A stretch of DNA of 60,441 nucleotides, counting the filler, from Nemertoderma westbladi (taxonomy: Eukaryota; Animalia; Xenacoelomorpha): NCBI GenBank assembly GCA_032718475.1. It is 3 parts of 3 records of this genome, joined end to end, with 100 filler letters (N's around TTAATTAATTAA, not from the genome) between each part and the next. Parts side by side here need not be neighbours in the genome. Positions count along the whole stretch, not along the records: positions 21,081 to 44,109 come from JAUCBJ010000925.1; 2 more parts are not named here. One strand, given 5' to 3'. Below, in pieces: positions 23,101 to 36,123 of the stretch. Every line of letters begins with the position of its first letter. The first letter of the stretch is position 1. Below the pieces are notes generated by a model. The model saw only the letters and a list, made by a program, of their open reading frames with translations, was not told the origin of the DNA and searched no databases. A program made the position numbers and the translations under genes.

Positions 23101-23543
23101 ACTAGAAAAGCCAGCCAGCTGGCTGTAAGGAGACCGTCCATATAGACAAACGTAGTGTAGTTGGGTCCCTCCTCTAATGCATTATCATCAACCTATAAAC
23201 CATTTAAACGGCCCAGTAGTGCTTACAACAATGATATTCCCAAAGGATTCACTGGGAAGAGCTATTCATCTGGTGGGGTAATACTTTATACAAACTTACA
23301 GTTGATGCTTGATTACTGTCTGGGTTAGAGTGAGAGAGTAATAAATTTGGCAAGTAATATACTTCTCTGCAGTTTGGGCTATCCATTCAATAAATAGTAG
23401 TAGCTTACTAGGCCCTCATGAGTACCAGCAGCTGGTGTTTCTATCGTTGAGTTGAATGCAATTATCGTGTTTTCATTTTCGCTCACCCATGGTACTGGTT
23501 TGAGGGGCAGGTTCGTTTAAAGCCAGCTTGCTGGCTTTCTAGT
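23101..23543. mobile_element. Small non-autonomous element in the tubulin intron with ACTAG...CTAGT ends and subterminal hairpins
   Basis: ACTAGAAAAGCCAGC / GCTGGCTTTCTAGT inverted ends, each with an AGCCAG..CTGGCT hairpin (Helitron/Helentron-like end signature). Confidence 0.45.
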
Positions 23544-23815
23544 GATATTTAACAATTTCGTAAATTCCCCATAATATAACTATAACTATAAATAATATTA
23601 CTGTTTATTTCGTTAAACGGGTAGTATTCATAAGTACAAATATGTACTGTATATTACTACAACTAAATACAGTTGGTCTACTTACTGTTTTAAGATATAT
23701 TGCCCAACCTATTGGCACTAAAACTACCAAATTATGTTGAACCGAGAAAAGCTATTCAAAAATAATAAAAGCCATCCTTTACATTCGTTTCATTTACTTA
23801 TGTTTTTATAACTAG

Positions 23816-24067
23816 GTTCAACGGGCTGTCTGCATGTTGAGTAACACTACGGCTATTGCTGACGCCTGGGCTAGGTTAGATCACAAGTTCGATCTGATGT
23901 ACCAGAAACGAGCGTTCGTACATTGGTACGTCGGCGAGGGGATGGAAGAGGGGGAGTTTAGCGAGGCTCGGGAGGACCTCGCGGCTCTGGAGAAGGACTA
24001 CGAGGAGGTCGCCTTGGAGTCGGGGGGCGATGAGGATGGCGATGTAGAAGGTGACGAAGAGTATTAA
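23816..24067 (+). CDS. TUBA: Alpha-tubulin, last exon
   Basis: [29 protein letters not shown]...EEY*; phase-0 join with the previous exon; C-terminal EEY. Confidence 0.98.
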   Translation, partial: VQRAVCMLSNTTAIADAWARLDHKFDLMYQKRAFVHWYVGEGMEEGEFSEAREDLAALEKDYEEVALESGGDEDGDVEGDEEY

Positions 24068-24249
24068 TGTAGTGATTCGTATTAATTCTAACTGAATTAC
24101 AATAGATCGGTTGGATTACCTTCGCTTCTGTTACATAAATATCGCTCAGTTTTATCGGTTTATTATATTTGGAACATATCAGTTGTATTTTTGATGCCCA
24201 TATGCAATATTTATAATCCCTGTTCTTTTGATTTTAATGCGACATTAAT

Positions 24250-24665
24250 ATTGAAGGGCTGAGCATAAAAAGGTCCTATGTGACATTTTCTTAGAATCAG
24301 AGTTATACTCATACAGAGGTCCTATGAGACCTAAGTTAACTTACCAATAAGGTTCTGAGATCATATGAACAATACTGTCTGATATCCTGGAGTAAAATAG
24401 TTCTACGTACAGTAAAAATCGCATAGACATAAACTAAAAAGGTCTTATGTACAATACTGCCTCTGATTATGAGAAACAATTTTGAAGTTTTTTGAAATTT
24501 TTTTTTCAAGGTAAAGATTTTGAAGTACATCTATGTACTTGCATGCAAAAATACAGAATGCCAACACCAACTGTAATAATGTGTAGGTAAAAAAAACGCA
24601 AAAGGGTGATTATCTCAGAATGACACTTTGTTCTGATAGGACGTTTTTATGGTTAGCCCTTCAAT
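24250..24665. mobile_element. MITE with ~30-bp imperfect TIRs
   Basis: ATTGAAGGGCTGAGCATAAAAAGGTCCTAT versus ATAGGACGTTTTTATGGTTAGCCCTTCAAT. Confidence 0.7.
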
Positions 24666-25156
24666 TTATCACTGATGTTTTAAGTTAAATGTAATTTAGA
24701 TTATTTTCTTCCAACGAAAACTTTCGATATATTTTCTGATTTAGTGTTATAGGTTAAGAAAGTTAGTTGATTTGTAAACGTTTGTTGAAACTTTCTATAG
24801 TAATGTATTTTAGTAGTCCTGTAAAAATTAGCTAAAAATTACCTTCTTTGAGCTTCGAACTCTAATTGTTGAAGGTTTAATATTTTTACATGTAGTAAAT
24901 TATATTATTAATAGTTCTTCGTAATAATTTTATATATATTTAGCTGGTAATTGCTCGTAATTATACGGTAATAAATAATTATAATATTTAAATGGTATTG
25001 TTTCCCTGGTTGGTGCTGTGGATTAATGTTGTATTTCATGTGTTCAGTAACTTACAAATAACATTTAGATGAAAACATTTTAATTTTCATTAATTATATT
25101 TCAACTTTTTTTTGCGTATTTGAATCTCAGCGGTAATCTGTCTCGAATCAGCCCAT

Positions 25157-25323
25157 GACTTTCTTGAGACGCATCTTAAAGGACACTGGCCTTGAAGATG
25201 CGGATGATCTAGCAAATGTCATGGGTGATAGGGAGTTGTGGCGGTGCAATTTTGTTGACAAGCCGGCACAGCATTCTTGAAAATGCAGCTGCAATGCAGC
25301 ATGCCGATCCTAGTAGTAGTAGT
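25157..25323 (+). mobile_element. LINE (RTE-like) 3' end fragment
   Basis: Degenerate ...LKDTGLEDADDLANVMGDRELWR reading followed by a (TAG)n tail. Confidence 0.55.
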
Positions 25324-25855
25324 CTCGAATAGGTAGTTGGTAAGGGGCCATCCATAAATGACGTCACTCCCAAATATGTCTCAATTTCCTCAATGTTAAA
25401 TTCTCAATTTAGGGAAAGGAGCAGGTTACAGTGGCACGTTATTTTAACGCAATAATTTTATTGTCCGTTTAAATCCTTGTTTTGGCACCGGCATAGTGAA
25501 ACCAACTGTCCGACAGACCAGAAATCAACAAATTTTGAATGTTTTGGCATAGGCATGTTGAAATCAATTGTCTGACAGTCCAGAATTCAGCAGTCTGACA
25601 GTTTGAAGAAATACATACATAAAAAGTCATTAAAAGGACAACAAAAGTCATTAAAGGGACAACAAAAGTCATTATGCACAATTCGTAAAAAAAAGGAGGA
25701 CAAAAAAAGTCAAATAAAAGGACATAAAAAATCACTGCCTTATTTTAACACCAAAACAATAACACAATAGAACAGGTTACAGTTTTATTTTTGAGAATAA
25801 TCAGCTGTTATTTACGTCGAATTCCCCTGGAGAGGGATGAATTTTTATTGCGTCC

Positions 25856-25890
<35 letters not shown>

Positions 25891-26207
25891 TACTGTATCT
25901 GGTAAATGGCGGTAGGTGATAATCGACTTAAATACCAGCTGATAACTATTGCTACCAGTGCCGTCGTACTCTGCTGTAGTCTATCGAACAATATGCTAAA
26001 GTCTTCAACTCAAGATGTTATTTTGTACGATATTTCTTTAATATAGATAAATAATTTATATAAGTGTTAAATTTACAAACATAAATATCCAATAAATTAT
26101 TCTTGTGATGTGAATAAACAATTCAAGTAATTTAAGGTCATGATAAAGTATAAAAGGTGAGTTAATCAGATCAAATTTATATTCAAAGTGAGTTAATGTG
26201 GGAGAAA

Positions 26208-26492
26208 CTATTTCTTCTTTTTTCCTTTTTTTCCCTTCTTCTTTTTCTTTCCGCCACCTTGCCACCCAAAGCCCCTGCCTTGAAGGAATTCCGTGGCGTT
26301 GTGGAACACGTAATAGGCGTTAAACATTGCGGCTGGCGACATCGGATCAGGTTCTTTCGGCCTATCCAGTCCAGGGGGGGCCGATTTACTTCGCTTTCCA
26401 GACTTCTTGCCGGACTTTTTGCCAGACTTTTTACCGGATTTTTTCTTGCCACCGGCCGCTGCGCTCTTGGCTTTGCGTTTTTTCGGAGGCAT
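26208..26492 (-). CDS. SMKR1: Small lysine-rich protein 1
   Basis: Core DPMSPAAMFNAYYVFHNATEFLQGRGFGW matches the SMKR1 family motif (SPAAMxNxYYxxHN...LxxRGFxW) between Lys-rich tails. Confidence 0.9.
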   Translation of the reverse strand: MPPKKRKAKSAAAGGKKKSGKKSGKKSGKKSGKRSKSAPPGLDRPKEPDPMSPAAMFNAYYVFHNATEFLQGRGFGWQGGGKKKKKGKKGKKKK

Positions 26493-28112
26493 GTCCCCCC
26501 TGTTTTATTAAAAAATTAGAAATTCAGTGCGGTTTTACGTTAACATATCCCCCTTATCCTGCTGTTTTTTTTTTACCAACATTGAGTAGTACATTCAGCA
26601 TTAGCAAGCCAACCACTAAACCGGTACAGCGTTGCCCAATAAAACTCGTCGGAATTTCAATAACAGTCCGCCCTCCCTATGTGCAGTCGATATTTAGTTG
26701 AAAATGATGTTAATTAAACTTTATCAATAAAACACATTAGAGCTGAGCAGTTTTGATAAATACTACAGTGAAACTGAACCCTACTGGACCCGTGTCTAGT
26801 ACAGTACAGGTACTTTAGGTTAAATAGATTTACATAGACCTGACTACGTACTGTATATAATATGTATGTCGGCCTACCTACTACTGTATGTACCTTAATT
26901 TATATGAGTAAAAACTAGAAATTTCGCTTTGTAGTTTCCTAAGTAGCAACAATTATTTTTTACTGTATTTTAATTTGGTTATGTAAGTTTTTTTGAATAT
27001 ATGTAGCATTTAGGTGTATTTAAAATCGATCCCTTTTATATCGCACAGCTAGTTCGGTATATACAGTATGTTCAATTTAATACTAGTTTTTCCTTAAAGC
27101 AAGTCAAATTATATAAAATCCAATAACACGTTTGGTTTACTACTGTAGTTGTATAATCTTATTGCTATCCTGCTCTATACTGTACTGTTACTTAGACTGT
27201 ATTTAAATCGATAATGACAATGCAACACGAATGTCTTGTTCACTACTCAACGCACTGACTACATGCAATGCAAATGCATAAGAGCAACATTAATGTAGTT
27301 TATCACTCGTTACTTGTACACATTAATAAATTAATAACTATATTGTAAGGTAGGTTCTAATTTGTAAACATACTATCAACTTAATTGGAAAAAAATAGGA
27401 TTTACGTACAGTATTACAATAATATGTATTACAGGTTTGTGCTAAAATGCACGAGCAACAATGAACAACGTACAATGAACTGTTGAACGATCATCAGGGT
27501 TATGATAGATTAATTACAAAATGTTATTAGCTCCGAATAACATAGGCCTTTTATATTAATATGTTACATTGGGAGCTGGCAATCTCCAATGTTTTTGTTC
27601 CTATTAATCGTTGCCTTATTCCCCCCATGGCAACGACACCACAATGCAATTAGTATTCCTAATGGTGGGAAATTTAAATCAGTTATTCAGCCCTCTCTGC
27701 CATTTCATAGGCAGATAACAAGGTGTACTAAATAACAGGTCATGCCATGCAGCGAGCGGAATGCTGAAATTAGCGTGGGCCGATGGTTTATAGCAAGCTG
27801 TATACAGGTATAGGCCTACTCCTGTACTCCAGTACTGCAGTAATACACATGCCATATAGCAGTAAACAAAGTTTTGCATTTACAGAAATACTAATAAATA
27901 ATGAAAATATTGATTCTGGTAGGCCTATTATTTAATTTTATTATTATTTATTAGGTAATGAGTAATTTTACTATAGTCTGGTTTGGCAGTCTGGTACTGT
28001 AGTGGTGGTAGTTGTAGGGTTAAGGTTTAGGTTACCGGCCGACCGGCAACCAACCGGTAGGCCTACTGGACTACTTCTCAGTATAATCTCAGTAATAATA
28101 AATAATGCAGTA

Positions 28113-28420
28113 ATGGGAAGAAAATGCAGTGTTGGAGGTTGTAGTACTGGATACATGCCGATTCAGAGAGACGACCCTGTACAGGCAGACAAGTAAAAGA
28201 AAAAATGCCAGTATACAGGCAGACAGGTATATGGGTTTCCAAGTGACAATGCTCTTTGTCAGCTCTGGATTGAACGGCTAGGCCTACCTAATATCGTTAA
28301 TATCACAGATATTACCGTGAACATGGGAGTCTGTAGTCAACACTGGCCAGTAGTATTTGCGAGAAAGACAGTGCGAGGGGGTGCAGTGGTTCCAACAGAA
28401 CCTCCATCTAATTTCTGGAT
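28113..28420 (+). pseudogene. Degenerate THAP zinc-finger domain (DNA-transposon relic)
   Basis: MGRKCSVGGCSTGY...[stop/frameshift]...VYGFPSDNALCQLWIERL...MGVCSQHWP...AVVPTEPPS; C2CH THAP signature. Confidence 0.75.
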
Positions 28421-28519
28421 GTAACACCAAGTTGTATTCCGACTCCGCCTCCAAATCCTCGCCCGACATCTACCACTCCATTAGAGTCACGGAGGAATCA
28501 ATGAGAATGAGACACCTCC

Positions 28520-29035
28520 AATGTTATTTAGTGTCTGGTTGGAGATGTGTGCATTGTACTTGACACAATGAACCCGGCGTAGCATTCTTGTGAATGTGCC
28601 ATCCAGAGATTTGGTGTCCTCAGCAGTTAGAGCCCAGCATGGACTCCCATAGAGGAGGAGTACTGGAACTACTGTTGCTCTAAATAATTGGACCTTAAGT
28701 TTCCGATTAATTCTCTGTGACTTCCAAATCCTGGAAAGCCTATCTGCCTATTCAAGGAGCTGCCCGTGCCTTTCCCTTACAGCCTTCCGTATTCGAAAGT
28801 CCTCACCTGACTTCCGGATCCATGATCCCAGCTATTCCCAGGTAACAGAAGTCGTCCACATGCTCAAGCATGCTTTCTTTTGAGCTTATGCTCATCCGGT
28901 CAGAGACTTGCTGAGGACTTTCAAAGTTAACTGTCAAAATTTTGGTCTTATTGGAGTTAATATAAAGACCAACACTAGAAGCTGCCTGTTCTAACAGTCG
29001 AATGAGCTGAGGAGCCGTTGGCTCCCTCTAGTGAT
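28520..29035 (-). mobile_element. Degraded RTE-like LINE fragment
   Basis: Broken frames read RIWKS...LFRATVVPVL.YGSPCWALTAEDTKSLDGTFTRMLRR; related pieces at ~58040-58360 and ~58730-58915. Confidence 0.7.
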
Positions 29036-29441
29036 TCTGAGAGTACTCCTAAGTCATCGGCAACAGTACGAGGCAGACACTACCGTACCTGTACCCTGCC
29101 AGCCGGCTGCCTGAGCCCGCTGCTGCCATGATTTCTACAAATCTTACCGGTAAATGTAACGTAAAGTTTTCTTCAGCCGTTCCGTTAGGCAAGGTCAGTA
29201 AGAGTATAGAAAGGGATCGCAGACACAGCATTACGCACAAAGACTGACGACTCATTTCCCCAGAATTATACCTACCATTAATAAGACTGCAATGCAAGTA
29301 GCACATAAATCTCTAAAATCTCAGATCCCGTATCTTTTTGAAATAACTTGGATTCATCTATTACTGTATATATTAGGAACATAAAATCCTTTCCGATCTA
29401 TGTAAAAACGCGAAAAAAACATATTTTCGATATTTTTCGAT

Positions 29442-29655
29442 ATGGCTGATGACAGCGTTCCCCAACTTATGTTTGTTTCCCAATTAATGGAGATGGGATT
29501 CGCGAAAAATAGAGCTGAGAAAGCCATACTTATAACTGGTAACAATTCTGTAGAGCGCGCCATGGATTGGTTGTTTGAACACCAAGGGGACCAAGATATT
29601 GATGAACCTTATGTCCCACCCAAGGGACACGTACTCGGTGTGGGAGTCAGTGGTG
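29442..29655 (+). CDS. UBXN1: UBX domain-containing protein 1, exon 1 (UBA domain)
   Basis: LMEMGFAKNRAEKAILITGNNSVERAMDWLFEHQGDQDIDEP...GHVLG matches the UBXN1 N-terminus; GTGAGT donor at 29656 (phase 1). Confidence 0.88.
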
Positions 29656-30022
29656 GTGAGTTTATTCTGAATCCCAAACTCTCAGACGTTCCAGAATCAT
29701 TATTTATTTGATTTTATATTGATCCTCCATAGTCGTGTTAATATTTTGTATTTGTTTATTTTATGTTATATTACCGCGGTACCCCATTAATTATATATTA
29801 GTCCCTAAAAAGGCTGTACTGCACCGCCTGACTTTGCCCAGGATTTATATTGATTAATTAGTAATTAATTAATTATTAATCAATTAACTCTAGTGCTAGT
29901 AGTAGAACAGCACTGTGTTGGTTTTTTATTAATAAATTTTCACTTTTCAGATTTTTCAACCCAGTTTCGTCATATTCATAAAAAAAATACTATGCATTAC
30001 TTGAACCAGTTGTGCTGTGTGT

Positions 30023-31838
30023 TAGGGATGTCCCGGAATCGATATTTTGATTTCGGCCGGAACCGGAACCGGAATTCAACATGCCGGAATATTCCGGCCG
30101 GAATTCCGGCCGGAACCGGAATTTTCTACAATTAGTGAAATACACTAAATGACCCAGGAAATTTTATAATTTTTTATGAAACAAATGAATTTTTTTGAAT
30201 TTCTACAGTAAGTTTGTTAATGAGATGAATCAGAACTTTGGGGGAATTAAGGTGGGTGGAGTGGAGAATGACCTGAGCTGTTTGTTACGGCCTATCGCGT
30301 CATTAGGTCCTTTGGTGCAATATCCTGGTGTCTTTAAGGAAAAGGAGCATGTTACAGTGACATGTTATTCGAACCAAAACAATAAACAAGACCAATAGTA
30401 TATGTTACAGTTTAATTATTGCTGGGAATAAATAGATTTATGGTAAGAAATTGATTTGCTGTAAATAGAAACAAAACTACTATATTATGCAGCACCTAAG
30501 ACGCAGAACTGAACTAACGACCACTGGCAGGACCTGTACGTATTGTAATAACGTTTTATATTTATATTAGTTTTAGGTTAAAGTAGTAATTGTAATTGTG
30601 TTAATCGTTAATCGAGTTTCATTGCTAACTTTACAAGGTTAGCAATTTATTTAACCTCCTGTAATTATCATATTATTTAATAATTAATGCAAAGTAAAAT
30701 ATTATAAAATCAATGTAAAATAATTTAAATTCAATGTAAAATATTGTAAGATCAATGTAAAATAATGTAAATTCAATCTAAAAACGGCCATTTTATAAGC
30801 AAATTGGAAAAACCACCCGCTAAGGCCCGTGCTCCACTGGTAAGTCTTATGTAGTCTTAGTCAGAATAAATTATGGAACACATTGGTTTCAATGTTGCGT
30901 CTCCAGCGTCTCCAATGGTAAATCGTAAGTTATGACTGTGATTATGTCCCATGTTCCATCTTTTGGCATATGAATCATGTGTTATATCCGGCAAGATGCC
31001 TCTGATTGGTTACTTTGGGTATAATAAATATGCAGTAAATGTGAGACGCACCTTATTTTTTTTATCAAATGACTTATGACTTGTGTTACCAATGGAGCAA
31101 GGAGGCATTCATTTTGACATTCTGACTAAGACAATATCTGAAAATGACTTACGACTTACCAGTGGAGCACGGGGGCCTAATGATGCATTTCATAAAAGAT
31201 CTTCAGAACGACAAAGGGGTTACTAATTTACATTAGTTAATGTAAATTAAAAGGGTTATTTTGAATTGTATAATATGAATACTACTTAAGTGGTGTAACA
31301 GATGGTGGGACCATTTTAGTTTGATTACCAGGTAAAAAAAATTTGGAAATGTGTTACATACCCATCAAGACTGAATTCGCTGTAATAAACAGGGTGGCTG
31401 TGAATTTTCCCTCGTTAGATAGGTTAGTTAGGTTCCACCTTGGTGTAGTGGTTGCATTGATTTCCAATCTATCTGAAGGTCGTGGGTTCGATCCCTGTAT
31501 GTGTACCAAGGCAGTTTTCGATTCGGCACGAATGGTTTGAAGGCATCTATGCCTAGCAACCTTAAATGTTAGCTCTAACGGTCGAAGAAAACTTTATTTC
31601 TATACGTTTTTGCAAGTGTTGAAAAGTATCTTAAACTAATTGGTAATAATGTTTAAAAAATATATAAATGTTGATAATAATTTAACAAACTAATTACAGC
31701 TATTAAACTAGATATGAACCTTGTAATTCCGGTAAAATTCCGGCCGGAATTGACCCCATTCCGGCAATTCCGGCCGGAACCGGAATCGGGCAAAAACCGC
31801 CGGAATTCCGGCCGGAACGGAATTCCGGGACATCCCTA
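30023..31838. mobile_element. Non-autonomous hAT transposon in UBXN1 intron 1
   Basis: TAGGGATGTCCCGGAAT / ATTCCGGGACATCCCTA TIRs; 8-bp TSD CTGTGTGT (30015-30022, 31839-31846); subterminal CCGGAA repeats. Confidence 0.92.
30824..31177. mobile_element. PIF/Harbinger-type MITE nested in the hAT element
   Basis: GGCCCGTGCTCCACTGGTAAGTC / GACTTACCAGTGGAGCACGGGGGCC TIRs with TAA TSD on both sides. Confidence 0.85.
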
Positions 31839-32326
31839 CTGTGTGTGTACATACTCGATTTATTAGCGTCACTCCAGCGTTTCCCCACTTTATTAGACGA
31901 TGTGATGTTATGTTGTATGGATAAATGGTACAATGTGTTGGACAAAAATGACGCGAGTTGTAAAAAAAATGACTTGTACACATTTGTAAACCTTGGATAC
32001 CGGCACACTTTTTCAATTGTTTTATATCAAACAAGTTTGTAGGGGAAAACATAAATTCTGAGCCACCCCTTAAAGAGACAGGAGGTAATAATATATTTCT
32101 ATATTTCAAGTGATTATTGAGATTTGTTTATTGTGTGATTAAGATTTAGCTGTAGCCGATTCCAAGTCAATTAAAATTATAACCAGAGTACTGGACGTGT
32201 TTATAGTTAAGGTAAACAGTTAGTCGTGTTATTGAAGATTTCCAATCGATCACAAACTCATACCGGTACTCCAATAATACGATTACTACTACTATCTACT
32301 ACTATCTACTATTTTCTATCTCTTAG

Positions 32327-32466
32327 AATCGAGCGGAGAAACTGAAAGCAAAGACACTGATGGCGATTCTCCTATGCCGGAAACGGAAGACCCAACCGCG
32401 ACCTCGCCCCCATTGGTTGCGAAGTCGTTAGTCTGCCAAGACTGTAACAAAGTGTTGCGTAATGAG
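32327..32466 (+). CDS. UBXN1: UBXN1 exon 2 (start of C2H2-type zinc finger)
   Basis: Phase-compatible exon ESSGETES...LVAKSLVCQDCNKVLRNE with AG/GT boundaries; AKSLxCxxC is typical of invertebrate UBXN1; exon 3 not found. Confidence 0.8.
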
Positions 32467-32475
32467 GTGAGACCC

Positions 32476-34216
32476 GAACTACTGTTTAGTACCGACTAAC
32501 TGCAGTTTAGTACCGACTAACTACAGTTTAGTACCGACTAACTGCAGTTTAGTACCGACTAACTGCAGTTTAGTACCGACTAACTGCAGTTTAGTACCGA
32601 CTAACTGCAGTTTAGTACCGACTAATTACAGTTTAGTACCAACTAACTGCAGTTTAGTACCGACTAATTACAGTTTAGTACCAACTAACTGCAGTTTAGT
32701 ACCGACTAACTACAGTTTAGTACCAACTAACTGCAGTTTAGTACCGACTAACTGCAGTTTAGTACCGACTAACTGCAGTTTAGTACCGACTAACTGCAGT
32801 TTAGTACCGACTAACTGCAGTTTAGTACCGACTAATTACAGTTTAGTACCAACTAACTGCAGTTTAGTACCGACTAACTGCAGTTTAGTACCGACTAACT
32901 GCAGTTTAGTACCGACTAACTGCAGTTTAGTACCGACTAACTGCAGTTTAGTACCGACTAACTGCAGTTTAGTACCGACTAATTACAGTTTAGTACCAAC
33001 TAACTGCAGTTTAGTACCGACTAACTGCAGTTTAGTACCGACTAACTGCAGTTTAGTACCGACTAACTGCAGTTTAGTACCGACTAACTGCAGTTGAGTA
33101 CCGACTAACTGCAGTTTAGTACCGACTAACTGCAGTTTAGTACCGACTAACTACAGTTTAGTACCAACTAACTGCAGTTTAGTACCGACTAACTGCAGTT
33201 TAGTACCAACTAACTGCAGTTTAGTACCGACTAGCTGCAGTTTAGTACCGACTAGCTGCAGTTTAGTACCGGCTAACTGCAGTTTAATACCGACTAACTG
33301 CAGTGTAGTACCGACTAACTGCAGTTTAGTACTGACTAACTGCAGTTTAATACAGACTAACTGCAGTGTAGTACCGACTAACTGCAGTTTAGTACTGACT
33401 AACTGCAGTTTAATACAGACTAACTGCAGTTGAGTACCGACTAACTGCAGTTTAGTACTGACTAACTGCAGTTTAGTACCGACTAACTGCAGTTTAATAC
33501 AGACTAACTGCAGTTTAGTACCGACTAACTGCAGTTTAGTACCGACTAACTGCAGTGTAGTACCGACTAACTGCAGTTTAGTACTGACTAACTGCAGTTG
33601 AGTACCGACTAACTGCAGTTTAATACAGACTAACTGCAGTTTAGTACCGACTAACTGCAGTTTAGTACCGACTAACTGCAGTGTAGTACCGACTAACTGC
33701 AGTTTAGTACTGACTAACTGCAGTTTAGTACCGACTAACTGCAGTGTAGTACCGACTAACTGCAGTTTAGTACCGACTAACTGCAGTTTAGTACCGACTA
33801 ACTGCAGTTTAATACAGACTAACTGCAGTTTAGTACCGACTAACTGCAGTTTAGTACCGACTAACTGCAGTGTAGTACCGACTAACTGCAGTTTAGTACT
33901 GACTAACTGCAGTTTAATACAGACTAACTGCAGTTGAGTACCGACTAACTGCAGTTTAATACAGACTAACTGCAGTTTAGTACCGACTAACTGCAGTTTA
34001 GTACCGACTAACTGCAGTGTAGTACCGACTAACTGCAGTTTAGTACTGACTAACTGCAGTTTAGTACCGACTAACTGCAGTGTAGTACCGACTAACTGCA
34101 GTTTAGTACTGACTAACTGCAGTTTAGTACCGACTAACTGCAGTTTAATACCGACTAACTGCAGTTTAGTACCGACTAACTGCAGTTTAGTACCGGCTAA
34201 CTACAGTTTAGTACCG
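32476..34216. repeat. 21-bp minisatellite (ACTGCAGTTTAGTACCGACTA)n, ~80 copies
   Basis: Period 21 read directly from the sequence; lies in UBXN1 intron 2. Confidence 0.98.
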
Positions 34217-35940
34217 TCTTGCTGTAGTTAGAAGATATCGGGGAAGGTGTGGAACACGATCCACTAGATGCTCTTCTCTCTTACCTGTTAGCTGTAAGGT
34301 AGGGAACTCGCTACACTAACTCCCAGGGTCGAATACTCTCACTATCCAACCCTTTTCTTTACTCCGCCAGCATATGCCAGGTTCCCATCACAGCTGGGTG
34401 GTCTGAAGCCCGCCTTACTGAGTTTAGTTTCAGCTGACTGTAAGAATTGAGATCAAGTACCGGTAGGCCTATTATAGCTATGATATAGTACTATTTATCT
34501 TATTTTCTTATTACATGAAATATGGTTGACATCCTCGTCAATAATAATTTAGATTCTTTAAGACCCAAATGTCCAAAGTGTATGTAAATAGAATAATTAT
34601 TAAAATATTAATTATAAATTTATATCTTTATTATAAATTAATAAATTAATATAATTATTAAAATATAATAATAATTAATATCAGCTGGAATTGCATCATT
34701 AAAGTATTGTCTCACTGCCTCTAGGTTTCGTCACTAAGTATTTATTTGTCTGGTGAGGTCTAATCAAGCACAGAATATGAGTTGTTCTATCTGGACGGCT
34801 TCCTTTTCCTCTTTCTTTTTGGTATTAAACAACTTGACAGGACTTTGAGTTTCCGTGCAAGGCTGTTCCTTTTCAATGGTAACGGGATTGCTTTCTTTAT
34901 TTCCCGTCTATTTTTTTCTTCATTATACAATTGATCGATTCGCCTTTCTTTTTCATCTAAAATTTCTCCATATCGAATTTCTAGACAAACAGAACGTTAC
35001 CACATTTAATAATCAATCATATTATTATAAATGGTTCCCAAGTGAAAGTTATTCGGTCTTTCTCTGTACTGTTTTACCCCGTGGCGTACCAAGTAGAAAC
35101 GTACCGGTATTATGAGGAAAAAGAGATTCTGAGAAAAACGCATTTAAAGTTTCGTGAAAAGTAATACAATTAATGTAATATTATTAGTTTAGATCAAAAT
35201 TGTACGACCTTTCCAGCGGCCAGATTTTCAGAAAAGTTACTTAATATCTTAAAATGTTATGTCGGTCTGTCTGACGGTTTGTTTGTCCGTCTTTTCTAAT
35301 ATTATGCTGTAGAATCATAAGCACAATAATTTGCTAAAAGCTTCACCTTAGGGGGTTTTCCAATTCCGTGATATAATTTCCGATGTCAGTTTTCATGTTT
35401 GTCGGAATCTAGTAAGGTAACTAATTTGGTATAATTTTCGACTTGGGTTGTTTCCAGGTCGGTGATCGTGATGTATTCATTTCCGATGTCAGTTTTCAAG
35501 TTTGACAGAATCTAGCCTGTCTGTCTTTCTGTCTGTCAAAATATAAGAAGCCCCCCAACGTGCTAATATTTTAGCTACCGGTGTATTTGTGGTCTGTGAA
35601 TTTATTGTTGATGTTATTTTTAATGTTTGGTTGAATCTTTGGGAGAGTCAGACAAACTGACAGACATACAGAAAGACTTGATTCCACCATCATGAAAACT
35701 ATTCCTCTACCTGGAAAACGCCCTCAAGTCGATAATGTTTGCAAATTAGTGATTGCGCTTTCTTATATTTGACAGTCAACAGACAGACAGACATACATAC
35801 TAGATTCCGACAACATGATAACCTACATCAGAAATGAAATCACCGAATAGGAAAACCTCATCATAAATTTTAGCGTTGTGATGAGCCTCATTATTGTCAG
35901 ACACTCAGACTACGTCATTATCAAGCAAACAGTCGGCTGA

Positions 35941-36123
35941 AGCAGGAGGCGACCCGAAGGCTCCTCTTTCGATAGCTGCTACCCGAAGGTAGGGATGGGC
36001 GTTACTTAATTTAACTGGTACTCATTGTATCGACCCCAGTGGATGAATGGCCGAGTGGACCCTGGCGGGGCTGAACCTACAACCAATAGATTGCAGGCCC
36101 GGCGCTCAACCAACTGGAGCGAG
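35941..36123 (-). mobile_element. tRNA-derived SINE
   Basis: tRNA-like head, central ACTCGGCCATTCATCC...GATACAATGAGTACCAG (Deu/Nin-like core) and GAGGAGCCTTCGGGT tail; relatives at ~20590-20760 (+), ~34268-34410 (-) and ~51095-51285 (+). Confidence 0.65.

Noticed and set aside
26056-26701. Several ORFs overlapping SMKR1
   Set aside because: Alternative-frame or antisense shadows of the Lys-rich SMKR1 CDS.
29049-29306. Divergent gene upstream of UBXN1 (MAAAGSGSRLAGYR...)
   Set aside because: A plausible ATG and donor exist, but no downstream exon or recognisable homology was found.
31703-32109. ORFs of 101 and 133 aa
   Set aside because: They run through the CCGGAA subterminal repeats of the hAT element; no protein features.
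32476-34216. Possible CRISPR array
   Set aside because: Head-to-tail repeats with no unique spacers, no cas genes, and a eukaryotic intron context.
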